A DNA stretch of 22,387 nt from a virus (Duplodnaviria > Heunggongvirae > Uroviricota > Caudoviricetes): IMG/VR virus record IMGVR_UViG_2698536657_000021, positions 1 through 22,387 of that record; one strand, given 5' to 3'. Under the pieces are notes generated by a model that was not told the origin of the DNA, did not search any database, and saw only the letters and a list, made by a program, of their open reading frames with translations. Made by a program: the position numbers and the translations under genes. Positions 15,473 through 22,387 of this stretch are shown here, one piece after another. The stretch's first letter is position 1; the number at the start of each line of letters is the position of its first letter.

Positions 15473-15684
15473 GAATCATTCCTCATTTCGTGCGAGGTGT
15501 TATTCTTCTTTTTGTACAGCTCTGGGTTGTATTTCAATTCACCACCAGTAATTTCATCCAACTCAATTGCTCGAAGTTTTGGAATAACAGATTTCCACCG
15601 AACAACAGCCACGTGTGAAATTCCCAGAGCCTCAGCTACTAGCCGCTTTTTTTTGAAATAGCGTAGGACATCATCTTTAAACAT
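15469..15684 (-). CDS. Cro/YdaS-like HTH regulator, 71 aa
   Basis: ATG at 15684 with strong SD AGGGGGGA (the track start 15720 is TTG). HTH RLVAEALGISHVAVVRWKS. Divergent from the repressor gene. Confidence 0.7.
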   Translation of the reverse strand: MFKDDVLRYFKKKRLVAEALGISHVAVVRWKSVIPKLRAIELDEITGGELKYNPELYKKKNNTSHEMRNDS

Positions 15685-15711
15685 AAATCCCCCCTGTAAA
15701 ACCGAACCTAA

Positions 15712-15775
15712 AGGTAACAATAGTTACATGATAATGTCAACCATAGTGACATCCATTGGTAGTAACATTGGTTAC
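15712..15775. promoter_or_regulatory. immunity-region operator/promoter cluster between cro-like and the repressor gene
   Basis: Three palindromes: GTAAC-AATA-GTTAC (15714..15727), TGTCA-N7-TGACA (15735..15751), GTAAC-ATTG-GTTAC (15762..15775). Minus-strand promoter: -35 TTGACA (15740-15735) and -10 TACCTT/TTACCT (about 15717-15712), overlapped by the first operator. Confidence 0.5.
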
Positions 15776-16450
15776 ATGAACACTACCATTAGCGAACGCA
15801 TCCGAAAGCGTCGAAGAGACATAGGCCTAACCCAACAGCAGGTTGCAAAGGCTATCGGCGTCACCCGTGTATCCGTAACAAAGTGGGAAAATGGTTCAAC
15901 AAAACCGGACGGTGAGAATTTACATCTGCTGTCAAAACTGTTTTCCAAATCACCTGAATGGATTCTTTATGGGAAAGATATTCACGATAAAGTCGATGAT
16001 TTGCGATTGAATCAACTCCCCTACCTTAGTGACAACATCACCCGGTTGCCCGTTTTAACGTGGGAACAGGCTGGTTACTGGGATATGAGCTACCCAGTAA
16101 CCGAAATCCCTGGTATTAAGAATTGGGTTGATGTCATGACAAAAACATCTGAAAACTCTTTTTTATTGCGCGTTGAGGGGGATTCAATGACAAACTCTAA
16201 CGGTTTACCAACGATCCCCGACGGCTCCACGGTGTTGATCACTCCATGCTCTGGCAACATTGGGGAGATGGCGGGAAAGATTGTTCTAATCCAACTAGAA
16301 GGAATACCAACTGTAACACTGAAAAAAGTCGCAGTTGATGGCCCAAACATCTACCTACTGTCATTAAATCCGCTTTACAAGCCTATAGAACTCAATGGCC
16401 GCTACACCATTAAAGGTAAAGTCTCACAAATCCATCAATACTTAGATTGA
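15728..16450 (+). CDS. CI-type repressor (XRE-family HTH plus LexA-like S24 autopeptidase domain)
   Basis: Track ORF, 240 aa. HTH IGLTQQQVAKAIGVTRVSVTKWENG; S24 catalytic Ser in VEGDSMTN and Lys in VTLKKV. The ATG at 15776 (MNTTISERIRK...) is a plausible true start because operator copies fill 15714..15775. Confidence 0.8.
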   Translation: MIMSTIVTSIGSNIGYMNTTISERIRKRRRDIGLTQQQVAKAIGVTRVSVTKWENGSTKPDGENLHLLSKLFSKSPEWILYGKDIHDKVDDLRLNQLPYLSDNITRLPVLTWEQAGYWDMSYPVTEIPGIKNWVDVMTKTSENSFLLRVEGDSMTNSNGLPTIPDGSTVLITPCSGNIGEMAGKIVLIQLEGIPTVTLKKVAVDGPNIYLLSLNPLYKPIELNGRYTIKGKVSQIHQYLD

Positions 16451-16456
16451 CCAAAA

Positions 16457-16480
16457 GCCCGCATATATTGCGGTTTTTTC
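16457..16480 (+). terminator. intrinsic terminator after the repressor gene
   Basis: Stem CCGCA (16459-16463) / TGCGG (16469-16473) followed by TTTTTT (16474-16479). Confidence 0.5.
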
Positions 16481-16509
16481 ACACGCCTTCATGTAACTTA
16501 TGGAACCCA

Positions 16510-16538
16510 TTGACTCAACGGGTAACTTCTGTTACCTT
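16510..16538 (+). promoter_or_regulatory. putative early promoter of the ydfA-dicF-dicB operon with embedded repressor operator
   Basis: -35 TTGACT (16510-16515), 17-nt spacer, -10 TACCTT (16533-16538). The spacer/-10 contains GTAAC-TTCT-GTTAC (16522..16535), the same palindrome as in the cI-cro intergenic region. Confidence 0.45.
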
Positions 16539-16715
16539 CATTGCGTACCCACCCCGTCCCACAGAACGCCAGGCAATACCTAGAGTTACCCGGCAGTGGT
16601 CAGGGGTTAAGTAGCCAGCCCGAGGCGTATGAACATGACGGCGGGAACACTTTGTATAACAGCGCAGCAGGTTTTTAGTTCCGCTACCCCGGCGTTAAGG
16701 GGAAATGAGGTCAAC

Positions 16716-16868
16716 ATGGATACGCTCAATCTTGGCAACAACGAATCTCTGGTATGCGGCGTGTTTCCCAACCAGGACGGCACGTTTACCGCGATGACGT
16801 ATACCAGAAGCAAAACGTTTAAAACTGAAGCTGGCGCGCGTCGCTGGTTAGCAAGAAACTCTGACTAA
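16716..16868 (+). CDS. ydfA: YdfA-like small protein (DUF1391), 50 aa
   Basis: ATG at 16716 with SD GAGG and a 5-nt spacer. MDTLNLGNNESLVCGVFPNQDGTFTAMTYTRSKTFKTEAGARRWLARNSD resembles the Qin ydfA product. The upstream part of the track ORF lacks a usable SD. Confidence 0.65.
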   Translation: MDTLNLGNNESLVCGVFPNQDGTFTAMTYTRSKTFKTEAGARRWLARNSD

Positions 16869-16981
16869 TGAAGTCTGGTAGTTAAGGAATCCTCCACGGG
16901 GAGAACTGGTGCACACGCGCCGGACACAAGCAAGCATCCGGCATGCTCTTTAACAATCTGGATATCCATAACAGTAACAAT

Positions 16982-17473
16982 CTACAGATTGCCGTTCAGT
17001 TTTCTGGCCAACTCCTCAATAGATGGAGGCGATACATAATCCGGATTTTTATTCATAAGAAACTGATTTTCACAGTAGAGGCACCTGCTTTTATGAAAAA
17101 ACTCATATTCTCTAACCGGGAATGGTTGAAGTATCGATACTATCTTTTGTCCAAAACATTTTGGACAAAGATGCATGATTATGCTGCCGCCGTTCACGGT
17201 TACCTCCTTCGAGTACACAAAAGTTCCCGACTCAAGTTGGTTAAGGATATAACCTTCCGTCTGAGCCTCAAAGTTTTCAAATTCTGCAATTTTAGCTTTG
17301 AGAGAAGCATTTATTTCTTGATAAGTGCTCACCAGCTCAACGAGAGACACGCATTCGTGCTGAATAGATGCAAGCTTTGAGTTCAGTTCACCAATAGCCG
17401 CATTTACTTCAGCTTGAGTTTTTGCCTCGTTCATTAGTTTTGCAATCTGAGCGGTTTCACGAATAGCCGTCAT
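16982..17473 (-). CDS. hypothetical protein with N-terminal coiled coil and C-terminal CxxC...CxxC zinc-ribbon, AT-rich, reverse-oriented
   Basis: First ATG (17473) in track ORF 16982..17539 (track start is TTG). Low GC. MTAIRETAQIAKLMNEAKTQAEVNAAIGELNSKL... then CPKCFGQ and CLYCEN. Antisense to the expected ydfA-dicF-dicB transcript. No family recognised. Confidence 0.45.
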   Translation of the reverse strand: MTAIRETAQIAKLMNEAKTQAEVNAAIGELNSKLASIQHECVSLVELVSTYQEINASLKAKIAEFENFEAQTEGYILNQLESGTFVYSKEVTVNGGSIIMHLCPKCFGQKIVSILQPFPVREYEFFHKSRCLYCENQFLMNKNPDYVSPPSIEELARKLNGNL

Positions 17474-17486
17474 TGCTGCCGTTAAT

Positions 17487-17729
17487 TCAGCGATCACATT
17501 CAATACTCTTATTGTTGTTGGGGATATCCAGATTAACAAGATCCTTGTTGTTGGGGAATAACAGGTCCACCTCGCCTGACGTGGTTAAAAGCAGGCACAC
17601 AACACGAAAGCGCTCGGCGAAGTTAGTCTCTCTGTATATGTCGTCGTTAAATGTAATTCGATCGTGCGCTTCCGGTTGTGGCAATCCGCGAAATGGCGCG
17701 GCGGTAAGTATGGCTGGGGCTTCCTCCAT
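17487..17729 (-). CDS. hypothetical protein, 80 aa, possibly the first gene of a two-gene reverse cassette or the 5' part of a frameshifted gene
   Basis: Track ORF, ATG at 17729 with SD GGAG 5-8 nt upstream. Ends 13 nt before the ATG of the downstream ORF. The C-terminus is encoded over a 13-bp direct repeat TTGTTGTTGGGGA (17512-17524 and 17545-17557). Confidence 0.3.
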   Translation of the reverse strand: MEEAPAILTAAPFRGLPQPEAHDRITFNDDIYRETNFAERFRVVCLLLTTSGEVDLLFPNNKDLVNLDIPNNNKSIECDR

Positions 17730-17808
17730 TGCTCCAGAAAATGCACCGGGTTGTCAGGTTGACCATACACCTGAGTGACAACACCGCCACAACAACCTCT
17801 GTTATCAC

Positions 17809-17848
17809 TTTTCTGGTGATTCGGCGGAAATGGATATCCGCCATTTTT
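17809..17848 (+). ncRNA. dicF: DicF-like small RNA (cell-division inhibitor sRNA family), short variant
   Basis: Begins TTTCTGGTGA, as I recall the 5' seed of E. coli DicF; then hairpin GGCGGA-aatggata-TCCGCC (17823-17842) and ATTTTT. About 180 nt upstream of dicB, as in Qin. Exact ends uncertain. Confidence 0.55.
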
Positions 17849-18025
17849 AAAGTGTATTTTGTGATGCGGTGAATGCGGCTAAGCGCACGCGGAACAGTTA
17901 AAACAAGCGGTCTTTTACTGGCGTAACAGACATCAACTAACAATCCGGCGTTAATTGTTAACTGGTTAACGTCACCTGGAGGCACCAGGCACCACATCAC
18001 AAAATTCATTGTTGAGGACGCGATA

Positions 18026-18214
18026 ATGGAAACGTCACTACCAAACGTTAATACGTCTGAAAGGTGTTTTAATATTGGTATTCTGCTCAGTAACCGGGAG
18101 TTTACTGAGGACGCCATCAGGATGAGAAAATATGAGCCTTATCTTCTCAATGATAATTCCATACTCTCCAGAATTGCCCTTCTTGAACTTGGCATTTTCG
18201 GAGGGCAGCAGTGA
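18026..18214 (+). CDS. dicB: cell-division inhibitor DicB
   Basis: Track ORF, 62 aa. METSLPNVNTSERCFNIGILLSNREFTEDAIRMRK closely resembles E. coli DicB as I recall it. SD GAGGA upstream. Confidence 0.85.
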   Translation: METSLPNVNTSERCFNIGILLSNREFTEDAIRMRKYEPYLLNDNSILSRIALLELGIFGGQQ

Positions 18215-18399
18215 GTTCAGCGTTTGCACTGATGATGACGGTTTTTCTTATAACAGGTGAGCCACAGAATGTGATTACCGGAATTTATGCCAGTAAAGAA
18301 TCCTGCCTCCAGGCAAGAGACGAGCAAAAAATTTCTGGTGAATGCCTCCCGTTAAACAAAGTATCGCTGTACCTGAATAACGAAACACCGGCTGGATAA
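18211..18399 (+). CDS. ydfD: YdfD-like small lysis/membrane protein
   Basis: Track ORF, 62 aa. GTG start overlaps the dicB stop as GTGA. Hydrophobic N-terminus MSSAFALMMTVFLITGEP. Same position as ydfD after dicB in Qin. Confidence 0.65.
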   Translation: MSSAFALMMTVFLITGEPQNVITGIYASKESCLQARDEQKISGECLPLNKVSLYLNNETPAG

Positions 18400-18494
18400 C
18401 CCACCAGCCATATTAACGCCATACCAACGGATTAAAAATGCCAGCAATGGCAGGGATTCGTTCACCCTGAAATCTGTAATGAGGTTTAAACACA

Positions 18495-20966
18495 ATGAGT
18501 AAAATATTTATTTGCGCCGCCATTCCTGACGAACAGGCAATAAAAAACGAGGGCGCTGTTGCTGTGGCCACTGCCATTGAAGCCGGTGATGAACGTCGCG
18601 CCCGCGCAAAATTTCACTGGCAATTCCTTGAACATTATCCGGCTGCTCAGGACTGCGCTTATAAATTTCTTGTCTGTGAGGATAAACCCGGTACACACCG
18701 CCCAGCCCTCGACTCCTGGGATGCTGAATATATGCTGGAAAACCGCTGGGATGAGGAGTCTGCTTCCTTTGTCCCGGTTGAGACTGAATCAGATCCGATG
18801 AACGTCACTTTTGACAAGCTGTCCCCTGAAGTACAGAACGCTGTCATGGTTAAGTTCGACACATGTGAAAACATCACCGTTGATATGGTGATTAGCGCAC
18901 AGGAATTGTTGCAGGAAGACATGGCAACCTTCGACGGACATATCGTTGAAGCGTTGATGAAAATGCCAGAAGTTAACGCCATGTATCCGGAGATTAAACT
19001 GCATGCCATCGGGTGGGTTAAGCATAAATGTAAGCCTGGTGCCAAATGGCCAGAAATTCAGGCAGAGATGCGCATCTGGAAAAAACGTCGCGAAGGTGAA
19101 CGCAAGGAAACCGGAAAATATACGTCTGTTGTTGATCTCGCACGCACCAGAGTTAACCAGCACCTCACCGAAAACTCAGCAGCAAAAATCAACCCTGTCA
19201 CTACAGCCATTCGTCGCGAATACAGGCAGACATGGAAAACACTGGATAAAGAACTGGCCTGCGCCCTCTGGCCCGGGGATGTGGATGCAGGAAACATTGA
19301 CGGTACCATCCATCGCTGGGCTAAAAATGAGGTTATCGACAAGGATCGCGAAGACTGGAAGCGTATCTCAGCATCAATGCGCAAACAGCCTGATGCGCTT
19401 CGCTATGACCGTCAGACTATTTTCGGCCTTGTTCGTGAGCGCCCGATCGACATTTACAAAGATCCCGTTGCACTGAACAAATACATCAGCGAATACCTAA
19501 CGACAAAGGGCGTGTTTGAACATGAAGAAACAGACCAGAGCTCTGCTGATGCTATCCTGTCGTCAGCAGCACAAACTGATCCAGTGGAGACGGCGGAATC
19601 CAATTCTCAAAAAAATGAAATCCTGGTGGAAGCTGAACCATCTGTAGAGCGTGAAGGACCGTTTTATTTCGTCTTTACCGATAAGGACGGGGAAAAATAC
19701 GGCAGGGCAAACAAACTTTCTGGCCTGGACAAGGCGCTGGCTGCCGGTGGTACCGAAATCTCAAAAGAAGAATATTTTGCCCGAAAAAATGGCACATATA
19801 CGGGCTTACAGCAAAATACAGATACCGCAGAAGATTCAGAACAACCAGAGCCGGTAAAAGTTACCGCTGACGAAGTAAACAAAATTATGCAGGCAGCCAA
19901 TATCAGCCAGCCTGACACCGATAAATTGCTTGCTGCATCACGTGGTGAATTTGTTGAAGGGATTAGCGACCCGAATGATCCGAAATGGGTTAAGGGGATT
20001 GAAACCCGCGATTCTGTGAACCAGAACCAGCCCGAATCGGAACAAAACGACCAGAAAGCGGAACAAAACAGTCCAAATGCGTTACAAAACGAGCCAGAAA
20101 CGAAACTGCCTGAACCAGAAGTGCAACAAGAACCGGAAAAAGTCTGCACCGCCTGCGGTCAGACCGGCGACGGCAACTGTCCTGACTGTGGCGCGGTAAT
20201 GGGCGACGCAACATACCAGGAAACATTCGATGAAAAAAATCAGGCTGAAGTTCAGGAAGATGATTCGGAGGAAATGGAAGGCGCTGAACATCCGAACAAT
20301 GAGAATGCTGGTAACGATCAGCATCACACCAGCGATAGTGAAACTGGCGAGGCAGCAGAGCCCTTAATTGCGGAGAACGGTCATCACATTATCACATCCA
20401 CCAGCAGAGTGTGGATTCACCTGTCGGTCGACCTTGAAACGATGGGAACAAATCCTGATGCGCCAATCAACTCTATTGGCGGTAAATTTTTTGATCCGGC
20501 AACCGGAGAGATGGGGCCTGAATTCAGTAAAGCTATCGATCTGGAAACCTCCGGCGGAATCATCGACCGTAAAACAATAAAGTGGTGGGCGAAACGATCA
20601 CGCGAAGCACAATCCGCTATTTTTACCGATGAAATCTCGTTAGATGTTGCTCTCCGGCTATTCATAGAATTTATCGAAAAAAACTCCGGCGGGCGTTTTG
20701 TCCAGGTATGGGGAAATGGAGCCAACTTCGACAACGTAATTTTACGCCGTTCATATGAACGGCAGGGGATCCCCTGCCCGTGGCTTTACTACAACGATCG
20801 CGATGTACGCACAATCGTTGAACTGGGTAATGCCATTGGCTTTGATGTCAGAATGGCTATTCCATTCGAAGGCGTACCCCACAATGCGCTGGACGATGCC
20901 CGTCACCAGGCAAAACAAGTTTCAGCAATCTGGCAAAAACTGATCCCGAGTCAGGCTGATTTTTAA
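18495..20966 (+). CDS. YdfE-like large prophage protein with a C-terminal DnaQ-like (DEDDh) 3'-5' exonuclease motif set and a central zinc ribbon
   Basis: Track ORF, 823 aa, SD TGAGG upstream. C-terminal Exo I VDLETMG, Exo II WGNGANFD, Exo III HNALDDARHQ; central CTACGQTGDGNCPDCG; long acidic Q/E/N-rich linker. Follows dicB-ydfD as ydfE does in Qin. Confidence 0.75.
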   Translation: MSKIFICAAIPDEQAIKNEGAVAVATAIEAGDERRARAKFHWQFLEHYPAAQDCAYKFLVCEDKPGTHRPALDSWDAEYMLENRWDEESASFVPVETESDPMNVTFDKLSPEVQNAVMVKFDTCENITVDMVISAQELLQEDMATFDGHIVEALMKMPEVNAMYPEIKLHAIGWVKHKCKPGAKWPEIQAEMRIWKKRREGERKETGKYTSVVDLARTRVNQHLTENSAAKINPVTTAIRREYRQTWKTLDKELACALWPGDVDAGNIDGTIHRWAKNEVIDKDREDWKRISASMRKQPDALRYDRQTIFGLVRERPIDIYKDPVALNKYISEYLTTKGVFEHEETDQSSADAILSSAAQTDPVETAESNSQKNEILVEAEPSVEREGPFYFVFTDKDGEKYGRANKLSGLDKALAAGGTEISKEEYFARKNGTYTGLQQNTDTAEDSEQPEPVKVTADEVNKIMQAANISQPDTDKLLAASRGEFVEGISDPNDPKWVKGIETRDSVNQNQPESEQNDQKAEQNSPNALQNEPETKLPEPEVQQEPEKVCTACGQTGDGNCPDCGAVMGDATYQETFDEKNQAEVQEDDSEEMEGAEHPNNENAGNDQHHTSDSETGEAAEPLIAENGHHIITSTSRVWIHLSVDLETMGTNPDAPINSIGGKFFDPATGEMGPEFSKAIDLETSGGIIDRKTIKWWAKRSREAQSAIFTDEISLDVALRLFIEFIEKNSGGRFVQVWGNGANFDNVILRRSYERQGIPCPWLYYNDRDVRTIVELGNAIGFDVRMAIPFEGVPHNALDDARHQAKQVSAIWQKLIPSQADF

Positions 20967-21030
20967 TGTTCAACCCCGGTCGTCGTCCGCAAGCTATAGT
21001 GGCGGCGGCCATGATTAGCGAACAACGCTC

Positions 21031-21279
21031 ATGGCAAGACTTATTCTGCTCACTGAGTGGGCAAAAGAGGAATTCAGTGAACCGGTCCCTACTCCGGGCA
21101 CGTTAAGTAAATACGCTAAAGCCGGAATGATATTTCCTCTCCCCAAAAAAGTTGGAAGACACTGGCGAGTGGATCCTCGAGCTCGCTTTGTCGGAATGGT
21201 AAACAAGCCGGAAGTGATCGCCACAGATCACCCTGCTTTGAAGAGGATACTGGAAGATGGCGCGCCCACGAAAATATAA
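21031..21279 (+). CDS. xis: excisionase (Xis-like)
   Basis: Track ORF, 82 aa. LTEWAKEEF...GMIFPLPKKVGRHW parallels lambda Xis (LTLQEW...RIFPPPVKDGREY). Overlaps the int start by 23 nt, as in lambda. Confidence 0.75.
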   Translation: MARLILLTEWAKEEFSEPVPTPGTLSKYAKAGMIFPLPKKVGRHWRVDPRARFVGMVNKPEVIATDHPALKRILEDGAPTKI

Positions 21280-22387
21280 AACTGAAGTTCCGGGATTATC
21301 TCCGTATTTTGACAAAAGAAATAACAAAGTTTACTGGCGTTACAGGCATCCCATAACAGGAAAAAATCACGGGCTCGGCAGTATTGACCAGAAACAGGCA
21401 GAAGCTATTGCAGCAGAAGCGAACAGCCGTCTTGCCAGGCAACAAATGGAACAAATGCTCACTCTGCAGGAGAAAATTATTCGTGATACCGGTGGTTCAT
21501 CAACCGTTTCTGTTTTTCTGAATAGTTACCGAAAAATTCAACAGGAAAGATATGAAAACGGAGAGATCAAACTCAACACACTGAAACAGAAAGCATCCCC
21601 TCTCAGGGTATTTGATGAACGTTTTGGTACCAGACCATTAGATGCCATAACCGTAAAAGATGTGGTATCGGTGCTGGAAGATTACAAGGCAAAAGGACAT
21701 AACAGAATGGGACAAATTTTCAGGAAAGTACTGATTGATGTTTTCCGGGAGGCCCAGCAAACGGGCGATGTCTCGCCAGGCTTTAACCCTGCAGAATCGG
21801 CAAAAAAACCACAGGTACGGATATCACGGCAACGACTGACCTTTGATGAGTGGATGATGATTTATAATGCAGCGGAAAAGGATGGTTACTTTTTACAACG
21901 TGGTATGCTGCTGGCGCTGATGACAGGCCAGCGCCTTTCAGATATTTGCAAAATGAAATTTTCGGATATCAGGGATGGTTATCTTCATGTCGAACAGCAA
22001 AAAACAGGAACCCGGATTGCCATCCCTCTGGCTCTGCGTTGCGATAAATTAAATCTCACCCTGGATGATGTAGTGTCATCCTGTCGCGATTGCGTTCTTA
22101 GTCCGTGGTTATTGCACCACCATCATGCTAAAGGGACAGCTAAGCGCGGCGGGATGGTTAAGCCAGCAACGTTGACAGTTGCATTTAAAAAAGCCCGGGA
22201 TTCTGTGGATTACAACTGGCGCGCTAATGGCACTCCCCCCTCTTTCCATGAGCAGAGATCTTTATCAGAGCGATTGTTCAGGGAACAGGGAATTGATACC
22301 CAAATTTTGCTGGGTCATTCGAATCAAAAAATGACCGATATTTACAACGATGTACGCGGTAAAGAGTGGAAAAAACTGGTCATTTGA
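21257..22387 (+). CDS. int: tyrosine integrase (lambda Int family)
   Basis: Track ORF, 376 aa. N-terminus aligns with lambda Int (FDKRNNKVYWRYRHPITGKNHGLG versus YIRNNGYYCYRDPRTGKEFGLG). Catalytic-domain H-x-x-R (HEQRSL) and C-terminal Tyr region LLGHSNQKMTDIYNDV. Stop TGA is the last codon of the window. Confidence 0.9.
   Translation: MARPRKYKTEVPGLSPYFDKRNNKVYWRYRHPITGKNHGLGSIDQKQAEAIAAEANSRLARQQMEQMLTLQEKIIRDTGGSSTVSVFLNSYRKIQQERYENGEIKLNTLKQKASPLRVFDERFGTRPLDAITVKDVVSVLEDYKAKGHNRMGQIFRKVLIDVFREAQQTGDVSPGFNPAESAKKPQVRISRQRLTFDEWMMIYNAAEKDGYFLQRGMLLALMTGQRLSDICKMKFSDIRDGYLHVEQQKTGTRIAIPLALRCDKLNLTLDDVVSSCRDCVLSPWLLHHHHAKGTAKRGGMVKPATLTVAFKKARDSVDYNWRANGTPPSFHEQRSLSERLFREQGIDTQILLGHSNQKMTDIYNDVRGKEWKKLVI

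Noticed and set aside
16943-17380. 145-aa plus-strand ORF in the AT-rich interval
   Set aside because: K/L/F-rich translation characteristic of the antisense of an AT-rich gene; the minus-strand ORF has the more protein-like sequence (coiled coil plus CxxC pairs). Still cannot be fully excluded without expression data.
19664-20327. Minus-strand ORFs (161, 78 and 81 aa) inside the YdfE-like gene
   Set aside because: Antisense to a long ORF with conserved exonuclease motifs; translations are Ser/Cys/Phe-rich low complexity typical of shadow frames.
1-22387. Insertion sequences or transposase genes
   Set aside because: No transposase-like ORF and no terminal inverted repeats were found; the only mobile-element features are the prophage itself and its integrase.

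Overview
This window is almost entirely a lambdoid prophage of an Escherichia-type enterobacterium, running from the integrase end to the start of the late region. Calls rest on reading the sequence and the supplied ORF track plus remembered family signatures; no database search was run. Plus strand, right to left toward the immunity region: int (21257..22387), xis, a large YdfE-like protein with a C-terminal DnaQ-like exonuclease motif set, ydfD-like, dicB, a short DicF-like sRNA, ydfA-like and a CI-type S24 repressor (15728..16450). Minus strand, leftward from the immunity region: cro-like, YdaT-like, O-like initiator with internal iterons, DnaC-like loader, a variable accessory block (two Ea22-like paralogs, DUF4406, DUF551), DUF968, rusA, Q, a pR'/tR' unit, an orphan DNA methyltransferase, three tRNAs (CAU, Arg-UCG, Arg-UCU) and nanS-p (617..2599). 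A ParD/ParE-like toxin-antitoxin pair sits in reverse orientation in the nin region. No stx genes are present; the slot where Stx phages carry stxAB holds uncharacterised small genes. Best candidates for undescribed biology: a TerB-like protein translationally coupled to a small membrane peptide (3483..4075), two small ORFs between matching terminators (4205..4827), an AT-rich divergent Cys-rich ORF (2846..3181), and a reverse-oriented AT-rich cassette between ydfA and dicF (16982..17729). Several track start codons are GTG/TTG; where a nearby ATG or GTG has a better Shine-Dalgarno I give that start and say so.
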